Below, one piece after another: positions 11,536 to 23,408 of a stretch of 64,000 nucleotides of DNA (position 1 is the stretch's first letter; each line of letters begins with the position of its first letter). Location: the NCBI GenBank assembly GCA_951406725.2, contig OX597819.1, forward strand, positions 65,472,001 through 65,536,000, read 5' to 3'. The notes beneath the pieces are model-generated. The model made no database searches and had not been told where the DNA came from. It saw nothing but the letters and a program-made list of their open reading frames with translations. Made by a program: the position numbers and the translations under genes. This DNA is from Octopus vulgaris (taxonomy: Eukaryota).

Positions 11536-12289
11536 AATAAAAAAGAACCATATATATACTACTACAATACAGGCTTTTTCCATGAACATAACCATGTTGC
11601 TTTCATATTTAAAAACAATTTCTCTTATCTATTTTCGGGATGCCTAAATAATTTTAAATTTTTTTGTCTCTTTTCGACACCAACAAATATTTTCATCTCT
11701 CCTTACATCCTCCAGTATTTCATCACCCTTCATGTTCAGGTTATAACTCATATTTTACTTCCGTTCGCTTTCTGCTTTTATACTTAACCCTGTTTTATAG
11801 AGTTTCTTTGCATGACACCTACGTCAAGGAAACAAAAAAGACAAAAAGAAAGATATGGTAGTAATAACAGAAAATAATTACATAAAAATACAAAAAGTGG
11901 TAATAATTCTCTCACTGTTCTAAATATATATCGCAAAATACCAAAACTATTCGTTACTAGAAAACTTGAAAATAAACTCGGAAGATTAATGGGAAAAGAA
12001 AGTAAAAAAGACACGTAAAGGTATAATGCATCACACATGAACAACAACACAAAAAAATAATAATAGGATGTAAATATGCTGATGATAATAATAAACGATG
12101 AAAAATTTCTATGATGTGGATGATGAAGAATTAATAAAGTATATGTATGAAAAAAATTAAATAAAATAACAAGAAAACGTACAGAATATTAATGAAAATT
12201 AATAGCCTACCTTACGCGTAAGTAGAAGCAGTTATGATAGCAAAAATAATATTCGCAACAAGAGCAAAAATAATAACAACAATAATAAT

Positions 12290-12725
12290 TTTTACTATTA
12301 AAGGTACAACGCCTGAAATTTTGAGGGAGGAGTTAAGTCGATTAAATCGACTCCAGTGTATAACTGGTACTTAATTTATCGACTCCGGAAGGATGAAAGA
12401 AAAGGTCGACCTCGGCAGAATTTCACCTCAGAATGTAGAGGCAGACGAAATTGTGCCCGGCATGCCAAAGATCCTGTCAGCTCACTGCTTTTAATGAGAA
12501 TAGTAAAAATTATTTCTACTCGAAGCACAAGCTCTCAAATTTGGGGGAAGGAATTAAGTCGATTTCATCGACCCCAGTGCGTAAGAGGTACATAATTTAT
12601 CGACCCCGAAAAGATGATAGGCAAAGCCGGCCTGGGCAGAATTTCAACTCAGAACGTAGCGACAGACGAAATACCTCTAAGCATTTCGCCTGACGTGCTA
12701 ACAATCATGCTAGCTCACCACCTTA
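12290..12725 (-). mobile_element. Two tandem SINE family B copies
   Basis: Two reverse-complement B cores, about 12290-12490 and 12520-12725. Confidence 0.85.
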
Positions 12726-12744
12726 ATAATAATAATAATAATAA

Positions 12745-12775
<31 letters not shown>

Positions 12776-12808
12776 AAGAAGAAGAAGAAGAAGAAGAACA
12801 AGAACAAG

Positions 12809-12845
<37 letters not shown>

Positions 12846-12850
12846 TCAAC

Positions 12851-12909
<59 letters not shown>

Positions 12910-13037
12910 CAACAACAACAACAAAAGGAGTAGGATGAGAAGAAGAAGAAGAAGAAGAAGAAGAAGAAGAAGAAGAAGAAGAAGAAGAAGAAGAAGAAGA
13001 AGAAGAAGAAGAAGAAGAAGAAGAAGAAGAAGAAGAT
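12724..13037. repeat. Compound (TAA)/(GAA)/(CAA) trinucleotide array
   Basis: Seen directly. Confidence 0.95.
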
Positions 13038-13039
13038 AC

Positions 13040-13472
13040 TTGTAGACTAAAAGATGTGTTCCCACTGATAAAAATATAACTGTAAAGGAATTTTACAAAT
13101 TAAGTAAAGTTAAGGACCTGGTAATGGAAATACAAAAGATGTCGCATCTTAAAGCGATAACTGTTCCTGTTATTGTGAATGCCCTTGATATGATAAGAAA
13201 GGGATGTCAGAAACATCTAGATAGTATCCCAGGAGAACCATGTCTTAGAGAAATCCAAAAGATTGTGCTGACAAGAACTGCCCATATCTTTAGAAAAACA
13301 TTGTCAGTTTAAATGTATATGTTGTATTACATGAAGATATTTCGCTACTGCTCCTACCAATTCGCCTCCCCAAGCTTTCAGTCATTCTGTAGCATCTTTT
13401 ATCCAGTACTCGCCCTAGGACGCTGGATGTGTCTCGGCAGGTGATTGTAACAAACATGCAGATTAAAAGTAA
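13040..13472 (+). mobile_element. R4/Dong-type non-LTR 3' end (RLE endonuclease C-terminus plus 3'UTR)
   Basis: KLSKVKDLVMEIQKMSHLKAITVPVIVNALDMI...EIQKIVLTRTAHIFRKTLSV*, followed by a TGA/TAA tail. Confidence 0.88.
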
Positions 13473-13502
13473 ATGATGCTGATGATGATGATGATGAGGA
13501 GG

Positions 13503-13534
<32 letters not shown>

Positions 13535-13538
13535 AATG

Positions 13539-13598
<60 letters not shown>

Positions 13599-13665
13599 GC
13601 AAGAAATGGAAGAAAATTTGAAAGAAGAAAAAAAAAGTAATAATAATAATAATAATAATAATAGC

Positions 13666-13756
<91 letters not shown>

Positions 13757-13757
<1 letters not shown>

Positions 13758-14263
13758 GACAAAGAACATGCCTCCTCATTGATATGACTGTCCCAATCGA
13801 TATAAAAGTATCTGTCAAGACCTACCAAAAACTGAGCAAATATAAAGATCTTGAAATAGAAATCAGCAAAATGTAGAAGCTGAAGACTAAAACAATACCT
13901 GTTGTCATAGGTGCCCTGGGAATGATAGCGAAAGGGACTGATTGCTACCTAACTCAGATACCAGGAAACCCCAAAATGGCAGAAATTCAAAAGATAGTGC
14001 TCATAGGAACTGCTCATATCCTACGCAAAATACTCTCTATGTAATCCCAAGGTTTAAAACAAACTTTTTATTTATTTATTTTTTTTTATTTAATTTTTTT
14101 TTTTTTTTATGTATTAGACATTCACTAGTACAACACCAAAAAAAAAAGGAGAAAAAAAAAACCCAAATATATGGCACAGAACTTCCAGCCTGTTGTCTCT
14201 TGAGGTCTCTGGGTGAGACTTGGAGCCAACTTGTACAGACATAAAGCAAAAGTCAAACATAGA
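13757..14263 (+). mobile_element. R4/Dong-type non-LTR 3' end
   Basis: CLLIDMTVPIDIKVSVKTYQKLSKYKDLEIEISKM*KLKTKTIPVVIGALGMI...GTAHILRKILSM*. (TAA)n on both sides. Confidence 0.92.
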
Positions 14264-14329
14264 ATAATAATAATAATAATAATAACGACACGCCACCCCA
14301 CCAGCACAAAGGAGCAATAAACGATGCAA

Positions 14330-15190
14330 TAAAAAGTTGCGTGAAAATAGCTGATGTCGAAAAATAATTGGTAATGCAGTATGGCTAATGTAAGTGAAGG
14401 AAGAAAAAATGAGCGAAAAGCAGCCAGATCTAAGACGAACAAGTATATTAATCAGTATGTTAGGGAAAATGCCGAATTGGAAGAGCCCTGGATCAGATTT
14501 AGTTGAAGGGTACTGGCTAAAAAATTCAGTAGTTTACATGGGAAGCTGAGGGAACAACTTCTGGTTTGCCTAAATGGAGGAATAATACCAGATAGCATGA
14601 TTAGAGGGCGGAAAATATTCTTTGAAAAAGAAAAGAGCGAAGGTAAAACAAATAACAGCTATAGACCAATCACTTGCTTACCATTAGTGTGGAAGCTGTT
14701 AACAGGGATGCTGTCAGAAAGCATTTACGAGCACCTTGTGAAATAGAATTTACGACCAGAAGAATAAAAAGGTTGCCGGAAGAAGGTTAAGGGAACGCAT
14801 GATCTATTATACCTAGACAAAGCAATTCTAAACGAAGTAAAAGCTAGAAAGAAAAATCTAACGATAACAGGGATATGTTGCAGGAATGACTATGAAATGA
14901 AAGTTAATATCAAAACAGGAATTTTCCAGAGAGAACTCCTTGTCCCTTTTAATATTTATCTTATGTTTGATCCCCCTCTGTTTACGATTAAGGAGGGTAG
15001 AGGCAGGCTATCGGGTTCAGAAATAGTAACGGAAAAATTAACCATTTACTCTACGAGTATGATCTGAAGATTTTTAGCAAGAATGAAAAAAAAGATGGAT
15101 TCCTTAATACAGATTCTGACACTCTTCAGCGAAGATATAGGCATGGAATTTGACATAGATAAGTGTGCAATGTTCGTCAAGAGAAGGGGA
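14330..15190 (+). mobile_element. R4/Dong-type RT remnant
   Basis: [63 protein letters not shown]. Confidence 0.88.
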
Positions 15191-15270
15191 AGATACTCAA
15201 CAGTTCTCTCTAGCGTGCAAGGAGTCCTATGATGGATGCCGCATGTGTTTAAATGTATACTGTATTTATT

Positions 15271-15923
<653 letters not shown>

Positions 15924-15926
15924 TGT

Positions 15927-16345
15927 TGTATCTGGGGAGAGTCATATTCTTTTTGTGTCTTATAATTTAACACACTCACCGGTAAAATTTCCACTTATTT
16001 CATATTTTTTTATTTTCCTAAAATTTTCGTTGCGTCTTGCAACCTTTCCAATAGTATTGGAGAAAACATTGGAGGACAGATTGGTTTGGAGCGTTGTCGC
16101 CTGAGTGGTGCAAAGTTCCACCTGAGAAAACCTATTGCGTCTTGCAAACTTTTCAACAGTCACGACTACTGAAAAGGTTGCAAGACGCAACGAAAATTTA
16201 GGAAAATAAGTGATAATTTTACCGGTGTGTGTGTTAAATTATAAGGCACAATAAGAAAATGACTCTCCCCAGACACAATACAATATGCTTCAACACAAGA
16301 ACTCACATAAAGTATCTTGCAAACCAAATCCCAGAACGAAATATA
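15927..16345. mobile_element. Fold-back Penelope-like terminal element
   Basis: 15927-16055 is inverted relative to about 16165-16278, with an extra short inverted copy at 16135-16161. Related pieces lie at about 36295-36500, 42880-42930 and 45290-45330. Confidence 0.7.
16166..16201 (+). ncRNA. Hammerhead-like motif of the U3-A8 family (this copy reads C3/A8 and is probably defective)
   Basis: CUA CUGAAAA G GUUGC AAGAC GCAAC GAAA AUU UAG. Other copies read UUGAAAA. Confidence 0.45.
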
Positions 16346-17025
16346 TATATATATATTGCTAGAAGAGAAAGAAGATGGGGCGGTCAAATCGGATTGTCAT
16401 TACTCGATTAATCGCTAATAAATTTGTGTTAAAGAACATTGATAAGGACAAATTCTCTAATAATACAATCACGCAGAGCAGAGGCCACAATAATGAAGGA
16501 AATTGTGGGATAATGTAGTCAGAACAACGTCGACAAACAGCTTTGAGAGAAGCGGATAAAGTGCAGCATGTGCAAAAACTATAGCAGAAACATCAATTAC
16601 TGCAAGTGTAATAAAGCAAGTGGTAATCAAGAACAACGTGAGTAGCTGAGAAAAATGCGTCAGTATGGCTCTAGTCTTGATGGGTTAAACAAACAAAGGA
16701 ACTAAAAACACCTGACAAAAACAAACAGCGGCGGTAATGATAGCAAAAATAATGGATATGGGAAGCAGCGAAGTCAACAACAACCACAATCACAGCAATA
16801 ACAACAACAGCAACAATAACAACAACAAAAGACTAACAGATGTTCCTAGAGGTATCTGGTCTATTTACGGATTGGTTGATTATATATATGTACGGATGGA
16901 CAAAGGTGCTGGGAAGATTTTTGTGCGTTAATAGCTGATATTATTCCATGGGGCGAGACAGGGTGAGTGATAGAAAGAGGGTGGGTGTTAGAGAAAGGGT
17001 ATCCGCAATCACCAACATCATTCAT

Positions 17026-17372
17026 ATGGTTCCAGGTTCAGTCCCACTGCGTGGCACCTTGGGCAAGTGTCTTCTACCGTAGCCTCGAGCCGACCAAAGC
17101 CTTGTGAGTGGATTTGGTGGACAGAAACTGAAAGAAGCCCGTCGTATATATGTATATATATATATATATGCGTGTGTATATATGTATATATGTTTGTCCC
17201 CCAACATCACTTGACAACGGATGCTGTAATTTAACAGTTCGGCAAAAGAGACCGATAGAATAAGTACTAGGCTTACAAAGAATAAGTCCTGGGGTCGATT
17301 ACTTCGACCAAAGGCGGTGCTCCAGCATGGACGCAGGCAAATGACTGAAACAAATAAAGAGTAAAGAGTAAA
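17026..17372 (+). mobile_element. SINE family A, 5' truncated
   Basis: Runs from the B-box to the GTAAAGA tail. Confidence 0.9.
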
Positions 17373-18819
17373 CCAATACTGGTCCTTCTACGCGATAATT
17401 TGAAATGCGTGAAATAGCAGCCAAATTTCAGTTATATTGCACCCCTCCATACTTAGAAAATGACTATTTGATTGATGTGGTTCTCGGTTACCAGTACAGC
17501 GGAAAAGTACTACATGGCTTTGAAAGCATTTGAAGGCAGCTCTTCTTGAAAAGTTCTTAACATCAGCAAAAATAGCTGCCTTTATCACTACAAAGCGAGC
17601 AGTAGTGTTATGAAATAACCTTCAATATGGTAACTGAAACACCCTATATGGTAACATGTAGTATTAGAAATAGCCAAAGATCTTCTGAACCACACACTAA
17701 AGTTACTGTTCTCAAATTATGCGACGTAGAATTTGGGAGACGAAATACTAATGGCTTTAGAAAATGTTTACTGATGTTTTAAGCGTCTTGAAAAATCATA
17801 CTTTTCACAATATTGTTATACACAAATATTAATAAACGGAGGTAAGAAACACTTTCTTCCGTGTTTCGTTTTTTTTTTTCCAAAATTTCTAACATTAAAA
17901 TATTTATTTTATGAAAATTTCTTTGCGAGATGCATCAGTAATTTTAAAGTTTGCGTGTGAACTGAAACATTAATTCTAAATTTGATCTCCAGGACGCCAC
18001 AATTGGAAGAAGCTGTGCTCTATCATTTATTAAAAAAAACAAACAGAAGACTAGATGACATTAACGCGATTCCTTTTGATCAATACTCTGCTTGATCAGT
18101 GATGACCTTGGGCTAAACGACAACAGCTATCAATCATACAAACTAATAAAGATTGTTGCATGCCATTGATCTATCACGATGTGCTGGAATAAAGCAATCA
18201 AATTTTACTCAAGTATTTTGCCATCTTCATTAAAAAAGAAAAAAATCCGAGATCCTATTGCGGAGTGTTGTCAACATACTCTAGAAACTCAAGAATGTGG
18301 AATTGTCTCTCCTCATAATCCTTTCTGATCTGGGCTGACTTGGGACTAAACATCGTCGATAAGAATAATTCGTCATAAAAGATGTTGTAGAATCTTTGTA
18401 CCGTCTCTGCACTTTAATCAAAAAATATGCTGTATACAATCTTTTTGTCACTTTGTCACCCTGCTCGCCTCTCTGCCAACACAATAACCAATATTAACGA
18501 TTGGCAGAACAAGCACTCTTGTTAATACCTTTACCATGTTAGTCACTCCTATCATGACTACAACCATTAAAGCTGATGCCATCAACACCACCACCATGAA
18601 GACTACTATATCTAATAGGATGAACGGGTTTATTAAATACTTTCGTCAGATTCATTAGAGTGTCAAGTAAAACTGACTTGCTGTATTAAGCTGGTACACT
18701 ATACGATCTGTGTTCAAATCATGCGAGATTAATTTTAGTTCTTATCCTTCCGATGATAATAAAATAAACTTCTAGTTAAATATCTGGTCTTCTTCCCGAT
18801 TTTACGTAATTATTTTTAC

Positions 18820-21164
18820 CATTGTTACAACCACCAACAGCACTAACAACCACATCCCTAACACCACCAGCACAAACAACCCCACCACAACCACCTATAA
18901 CACAAATGTCAACGCCATCATGGACCCACCACCCCAAGCACCACCGTTGCTGTTAGTATAATTCAACATTACCAACATCGCCACCACGGCCACAGCCAAT
19001 ACTATCACCATAACCATTAACATAGACGCCAACACAGTATAACCACCAATACCTTTAACATCAATGTTATTGTTACCTCAATTACAACAATCAATACCAC
19101 TACCAGCAACGCTCACTTTAACATGTTCAAGCTCCACCATTTTAATCAACATTTTTATCAGAACTACAATAAATTAACACATACGTCACCACCACCACCA
19201 TTACAACCACAATCGCTACAATCGCCGTCAATACAACCATAGTCACTCCTTCACCATAGAATTACTCATCAATAATCTATTATCCAACACCATCACCAGC
19301 TTAGTTTTATCTAACTAGTACACTAATCCTTAATCACTCTATCATCACAAGTCACGAGGGAATCTCTATGAGGTCACTCAATTTACTAAAAATAACAGCC
19401 AAATTACCACCGAATCGTATCCTACAGTTGTTTGTAACGGTCGTGTCTGATTATATGGCTCTGCATTCCTTGCACATCGGAAAACAGTGAGATGGTCACG
19501 GGTTCAATCCATTCGATCGTATAATTGTTGATTCATATCTGGCCTTGGGCTAAACAGCAGCAACAGCAACAGCGGCAGCAGCAGCGGTGACAGCAACAGA
19601 GGCAGCAGCAGCAGCGATAGTGGTAGCAACAATGGCAGCGGGAACGACATCAAATGCAATAACCTTGATAATCACCATAAAACATCAAAGATGAAATATA
19701 TGTACCAAAGCAAACGCTGCCTCGTCTCTTCCTCCACCGCTTCCAATCAACATCCCTCAGCGGGAACCCTTACCACTCACACATTCACAACTATATCTGC
19801 AACCTCCACCGCCACCCCACAACTGCAGGCCACCACAACAAAAAGCGCCATCAATGAACTATCAATTGCCACCCACTGCCAGCATCTTTCGCTACCATCG
19901 CGACAACCACTGCCGCTGAAACAACAACCACCACCACCACCACTGCCGAACCACTGCAAATAATTAACTGACAACGCCCGATCCGCCACCAACGCCAGCT
20001 CTGTCGACACCGCCACCGTCTTCACCACGAATCCTCAACTGACATTTCCCTGCCAATATCTACACCCATCCACCCACCCATACCATCCATCTCCACCGTG
20101 CCATCAGGTACCGTTCTCACAACTGCCGCCGACACTGCCATCGCCACAACAGCCACCACCACAGCTACCATCAACACCACCACCATATCATCACCATGAC
20201 CATCATCATAATCATCACTATCTCACCATCATCATCATCACCGCCACCAACAACATCATCATCATTATCACCACCACCACCATCATCATCATTATCATCA
20301 TCATTACCACCACCACTATCATCATCACCATCATTACCATCGTCAGCAGCATCACTACCATCATCATCGACAGCGGCAGAACCGCTAGCAGCAGCAGGAG
20401 CATCAGTGCCAGCATTAGCGCTACAACCGTCACCACCATTGCCGCTATCAGCACCACAACCCGGCATCACCACCTTCATGTACTACCACCACGACTACGA
20501 CATTTACACCCAAGAACATCCCCACATTCACCTCCACCACCGTCTTCTCCGCCCTCATCAATATCCCCACCACAACCGCTACAATCTCCATACAATCACG
20601 ACCACCACCACCATCTTCACTGGAACTACCACCATCACCATCAGCGTCACTGCCATCATCACCACTCCGTGACTACTAATTAATGGCTGCCGCTACCACT
20701 GCCACCACCCAACCTTACATCTCACCATCCAAGCAACATTACCATCAAAACCACAGCTATCACCATCTCAATGAAAGCACCCCCTAACTCAACACTAGCG
20801 CCAATACTATCACCGGTACTGCCATCATGCAGCACACCACCACCACGAACATGATCGCCGTAATCACTATTGACGCTGCCGCCACCTTCGCCGCTTTCAC
20901 CACCACCACCACCATCTGTTATCAGCTGCCAACTTTTTCCCCACCAACTGTAACATCAACATCGCGTCATGTTTCCAGCATCCACAAAATATACTCCGAC
21001 GCCACCAACACTGCCGTCATTCACAACCCCCCCACCGCCAGTGCCTGCACCACCTCCACCACCACCACCGACACCCACAAATTATCAATTGCCAACAAAT
21101 CTCCGCCATCACCACCAACACCACCCACCCCAGCAGCAGCAACAACAACAAAATCCGTAGCTTT

Positions 21165-21230
<66 letters not shown>

Positions 21231-21620
21231 GTCGTCGTCGTCGTCGTCGTCGTCATCATCATCATCATCGTCATTGTCATCGTCGTTATCATCATCATCA
21301 TCATCATCATTCTCATCATCATCATCATCAACGCGGCCATTATTCAACATCCACAAAGCAGTCCTTTCCCACCGCCATCACCAAAAAACATGGCAATCAC
21401 CGACATCTCATCCATCCATCCCCCATCCCGAAACCATCCACGACCACCATGAATTATCAACTGCCAACAGTCCTCCGCCGTCATCGCGAGCAACGGCACC
21501 ACCACCACCACCGCCACCGCCACCACCACCACCACCACTACCGCTGCTTTCATCCAGCATCCACACAACACCACCACCTCCTCCGCCACCGCCATGCGCA
21601 CCCACAAATCAATACATGAC
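18820..21620. repeat. Long degenerate ACC/ATC/GCC trinucleotide low-complexity region
   Basis: C/A-rich strand asymmetry over about 2.8 kb with embedded recurrent motifs. Confidence 0.9.
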
Positions 21621-21721
21621 ACTGACTTGTACAGCTGTTATAACTGCAGGCTATGTATATCGATCGACATAAACCGTTTGGTTTTGGTTGTGGGTTAATT
21701 GTTAAATGTCGATGCTCTATG

Positions 21722-21773
<52 letters not shown>

Positions 21774-22184
21774 AACGTATGTATATGTATATATATGTAT
21801 ATATACTTGTGTGTATGTGTGTGTGTGTGTGTGCGTGTGTGTGGAGAGAGAGAGAGAGAAAGAGCGATGAAAACGTGACATGACGAACCGATTCAAGAGA
21901 TAGCGATGGCAGGGAACGGAGGTATTTCGAATGACAATGGATGAGATAGATAGACAGAAGAAAACATACTTACCTATATAAATACATATATATGTGTGTG
22001 TGTGTGTGTGTATGTGTGTGTGTGCGTGCGTGTGTGTGCGTGTGTGTGTGTGTATAACAACAATGAATATGCAAGAAGAAAATCATATTTTTATTTTATA
22101 TCACATTTTCGTTACACGCACAAACACACACACACACACACATATATGCCTATATAGATATGTTTGTATGTATGCTTGTACATA

Positions 22185-22232
<48 letters not shown>

Positions 22233-22410
22233 CATGCATACATACATGACTACATATATATCTTTATATATTTATACATATACACAGATATAAACATACA
22301 TACATACGTACATATCTACATATGCATATACATACACTCACTCCCACATCCATATGTGCGTATGTATGTGTGTGTGTGTGTGTGTGTGTGTCTGTGTGTG
22401 TGTCTGTGTG

Positions 22411-22695
22411 TGTAAATGTAATATATGACAATTATTTGGCAGTCATGATAAAATTCCGAGTTTCAGATGCTGAGGTGGAAATCCACGCCGCTATCTCTTC
22501 AGTTATCCGGCCAGCATTTTTCCGATGGCCGGATAACTGAAGAGATGGCGGCGTGGATTTCCACCTTGTCATCCGAAACTCGGAGTTTTATCATGGCTAC
22601 CGAATAATTGTCACATATTACATTTACAGATACATTCCTCTATTTACATAAAATCAAGGTCTCTTTCTTTTGTTGTCTTACCGTTTTATCAATAT
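22411..22695. mobile_element. Fold-back Penelope-like terminal element (about 103-bp arms)
   Basis: 22411-22513 is inverted to 22526-22628 with a 12-nt loop; each arm has a hammerhead core. Confidence 0.78.
22532..22592 (+). ncRNA. Type-I hammerhead ribozyme, canonical core with long helix II
   Basis: GAUAA CUGAAGA GAUGGCGG..GUGG AUUU CCAC..UUGUCAUC C GAA ACUCGGAGU U UUAUC. Confidence 0.72.
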
Positions 22696-22716
22696 ATATA
22701 TATATATTTTCTAGTA

Positions 22717-22757
<41 letters not shown>

Positions 22758-22784
22758 CCTTTTACTATATATATACATACATAT

Positions 22785-22845
<61 letters not shown>

Positions 22846-22846
<1 letters not shown>

Positions 22847-23085
22847 AGAGTCTGAGGAACTTGCACAAAGTAGATGTAGCGGTTTTTAAATCCAAAGCTG
22901 GACATCTTCCTGTCGAGAGTCCCAGATGAACCTACCTCATGGCAAGAAGTGCAAATGAGAGTAGCTATATCAAACTCCATTCTTCACCAAGTGCCACATA
23001 TTAGAGGAGGTTCTTCGTAATAACAGTGTAGCACAAAACGGCGCTGCATCAGCATGGCCGCAGCTCTGAGCTGAAACTAGAAAAA
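22846..23085 (+). mobile_element. CR1-like LINE 3' end
   Basis: KSLRNLHKVDVAVFKSK / LDIFLSRVPDEPT...AISNSILHQV* (FK..LD.FL..VPDEP motif), a short 3'UTR and an A-rich end. Confidence 0.8.
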
Positions 23086-23358
23086 TATATATATATATGC
23101 ATATACAGTGAGAGAGACAAAGAGAGATCTTCACATAGGAACAAAGAAAGATGTATAGGTAAAGAGAAAGGGAAGCAGTCACTCACATAGGGGAACATAT
23201 AAAATGTGGAATTAAACTAATGTCAAGGAGTTGACAGAAAAATTTAGAGAGAATATGAGTGTGGAGAGAAAGAGAGAGAGAAAGAGAGACAGGAAATTTG
23301 GAGACAAAGTGTAAATGAGAGAGAAAGAAAGAAAGAAACGGAGGGACCCACTGACTTC

Positions 23359-23408
23359 TTTAATTAATTACCGATCTATCAATATAGATAGATCGGTAAT
23401 TAATTAAA
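23359..23408. repeat. Perfect 22-bp inverted repeat with 6-nt loop
   Basis: TTTAATTAATTACCGATCTATC-AATATA-GATAGATCGGTAATTAATTAAA. Confidence 0.95.

Noticed and set aside
11065-11595. Minus ORF with LDNEFEGGDI resembling a 2OG-Fe(II) oxygenase motif
   Set aside because: No HxD/H ligands, and the paralogue comparison shows conservation in a different, plus-strand frame.
10940-11647. 235-aa ORF; REAVGT recalls a nidovirus exonuclease peptide
   Set aside because: Only a few residues match with no other motifs. The paralogue has a stop in this frame and its synonymous changes fall in another.
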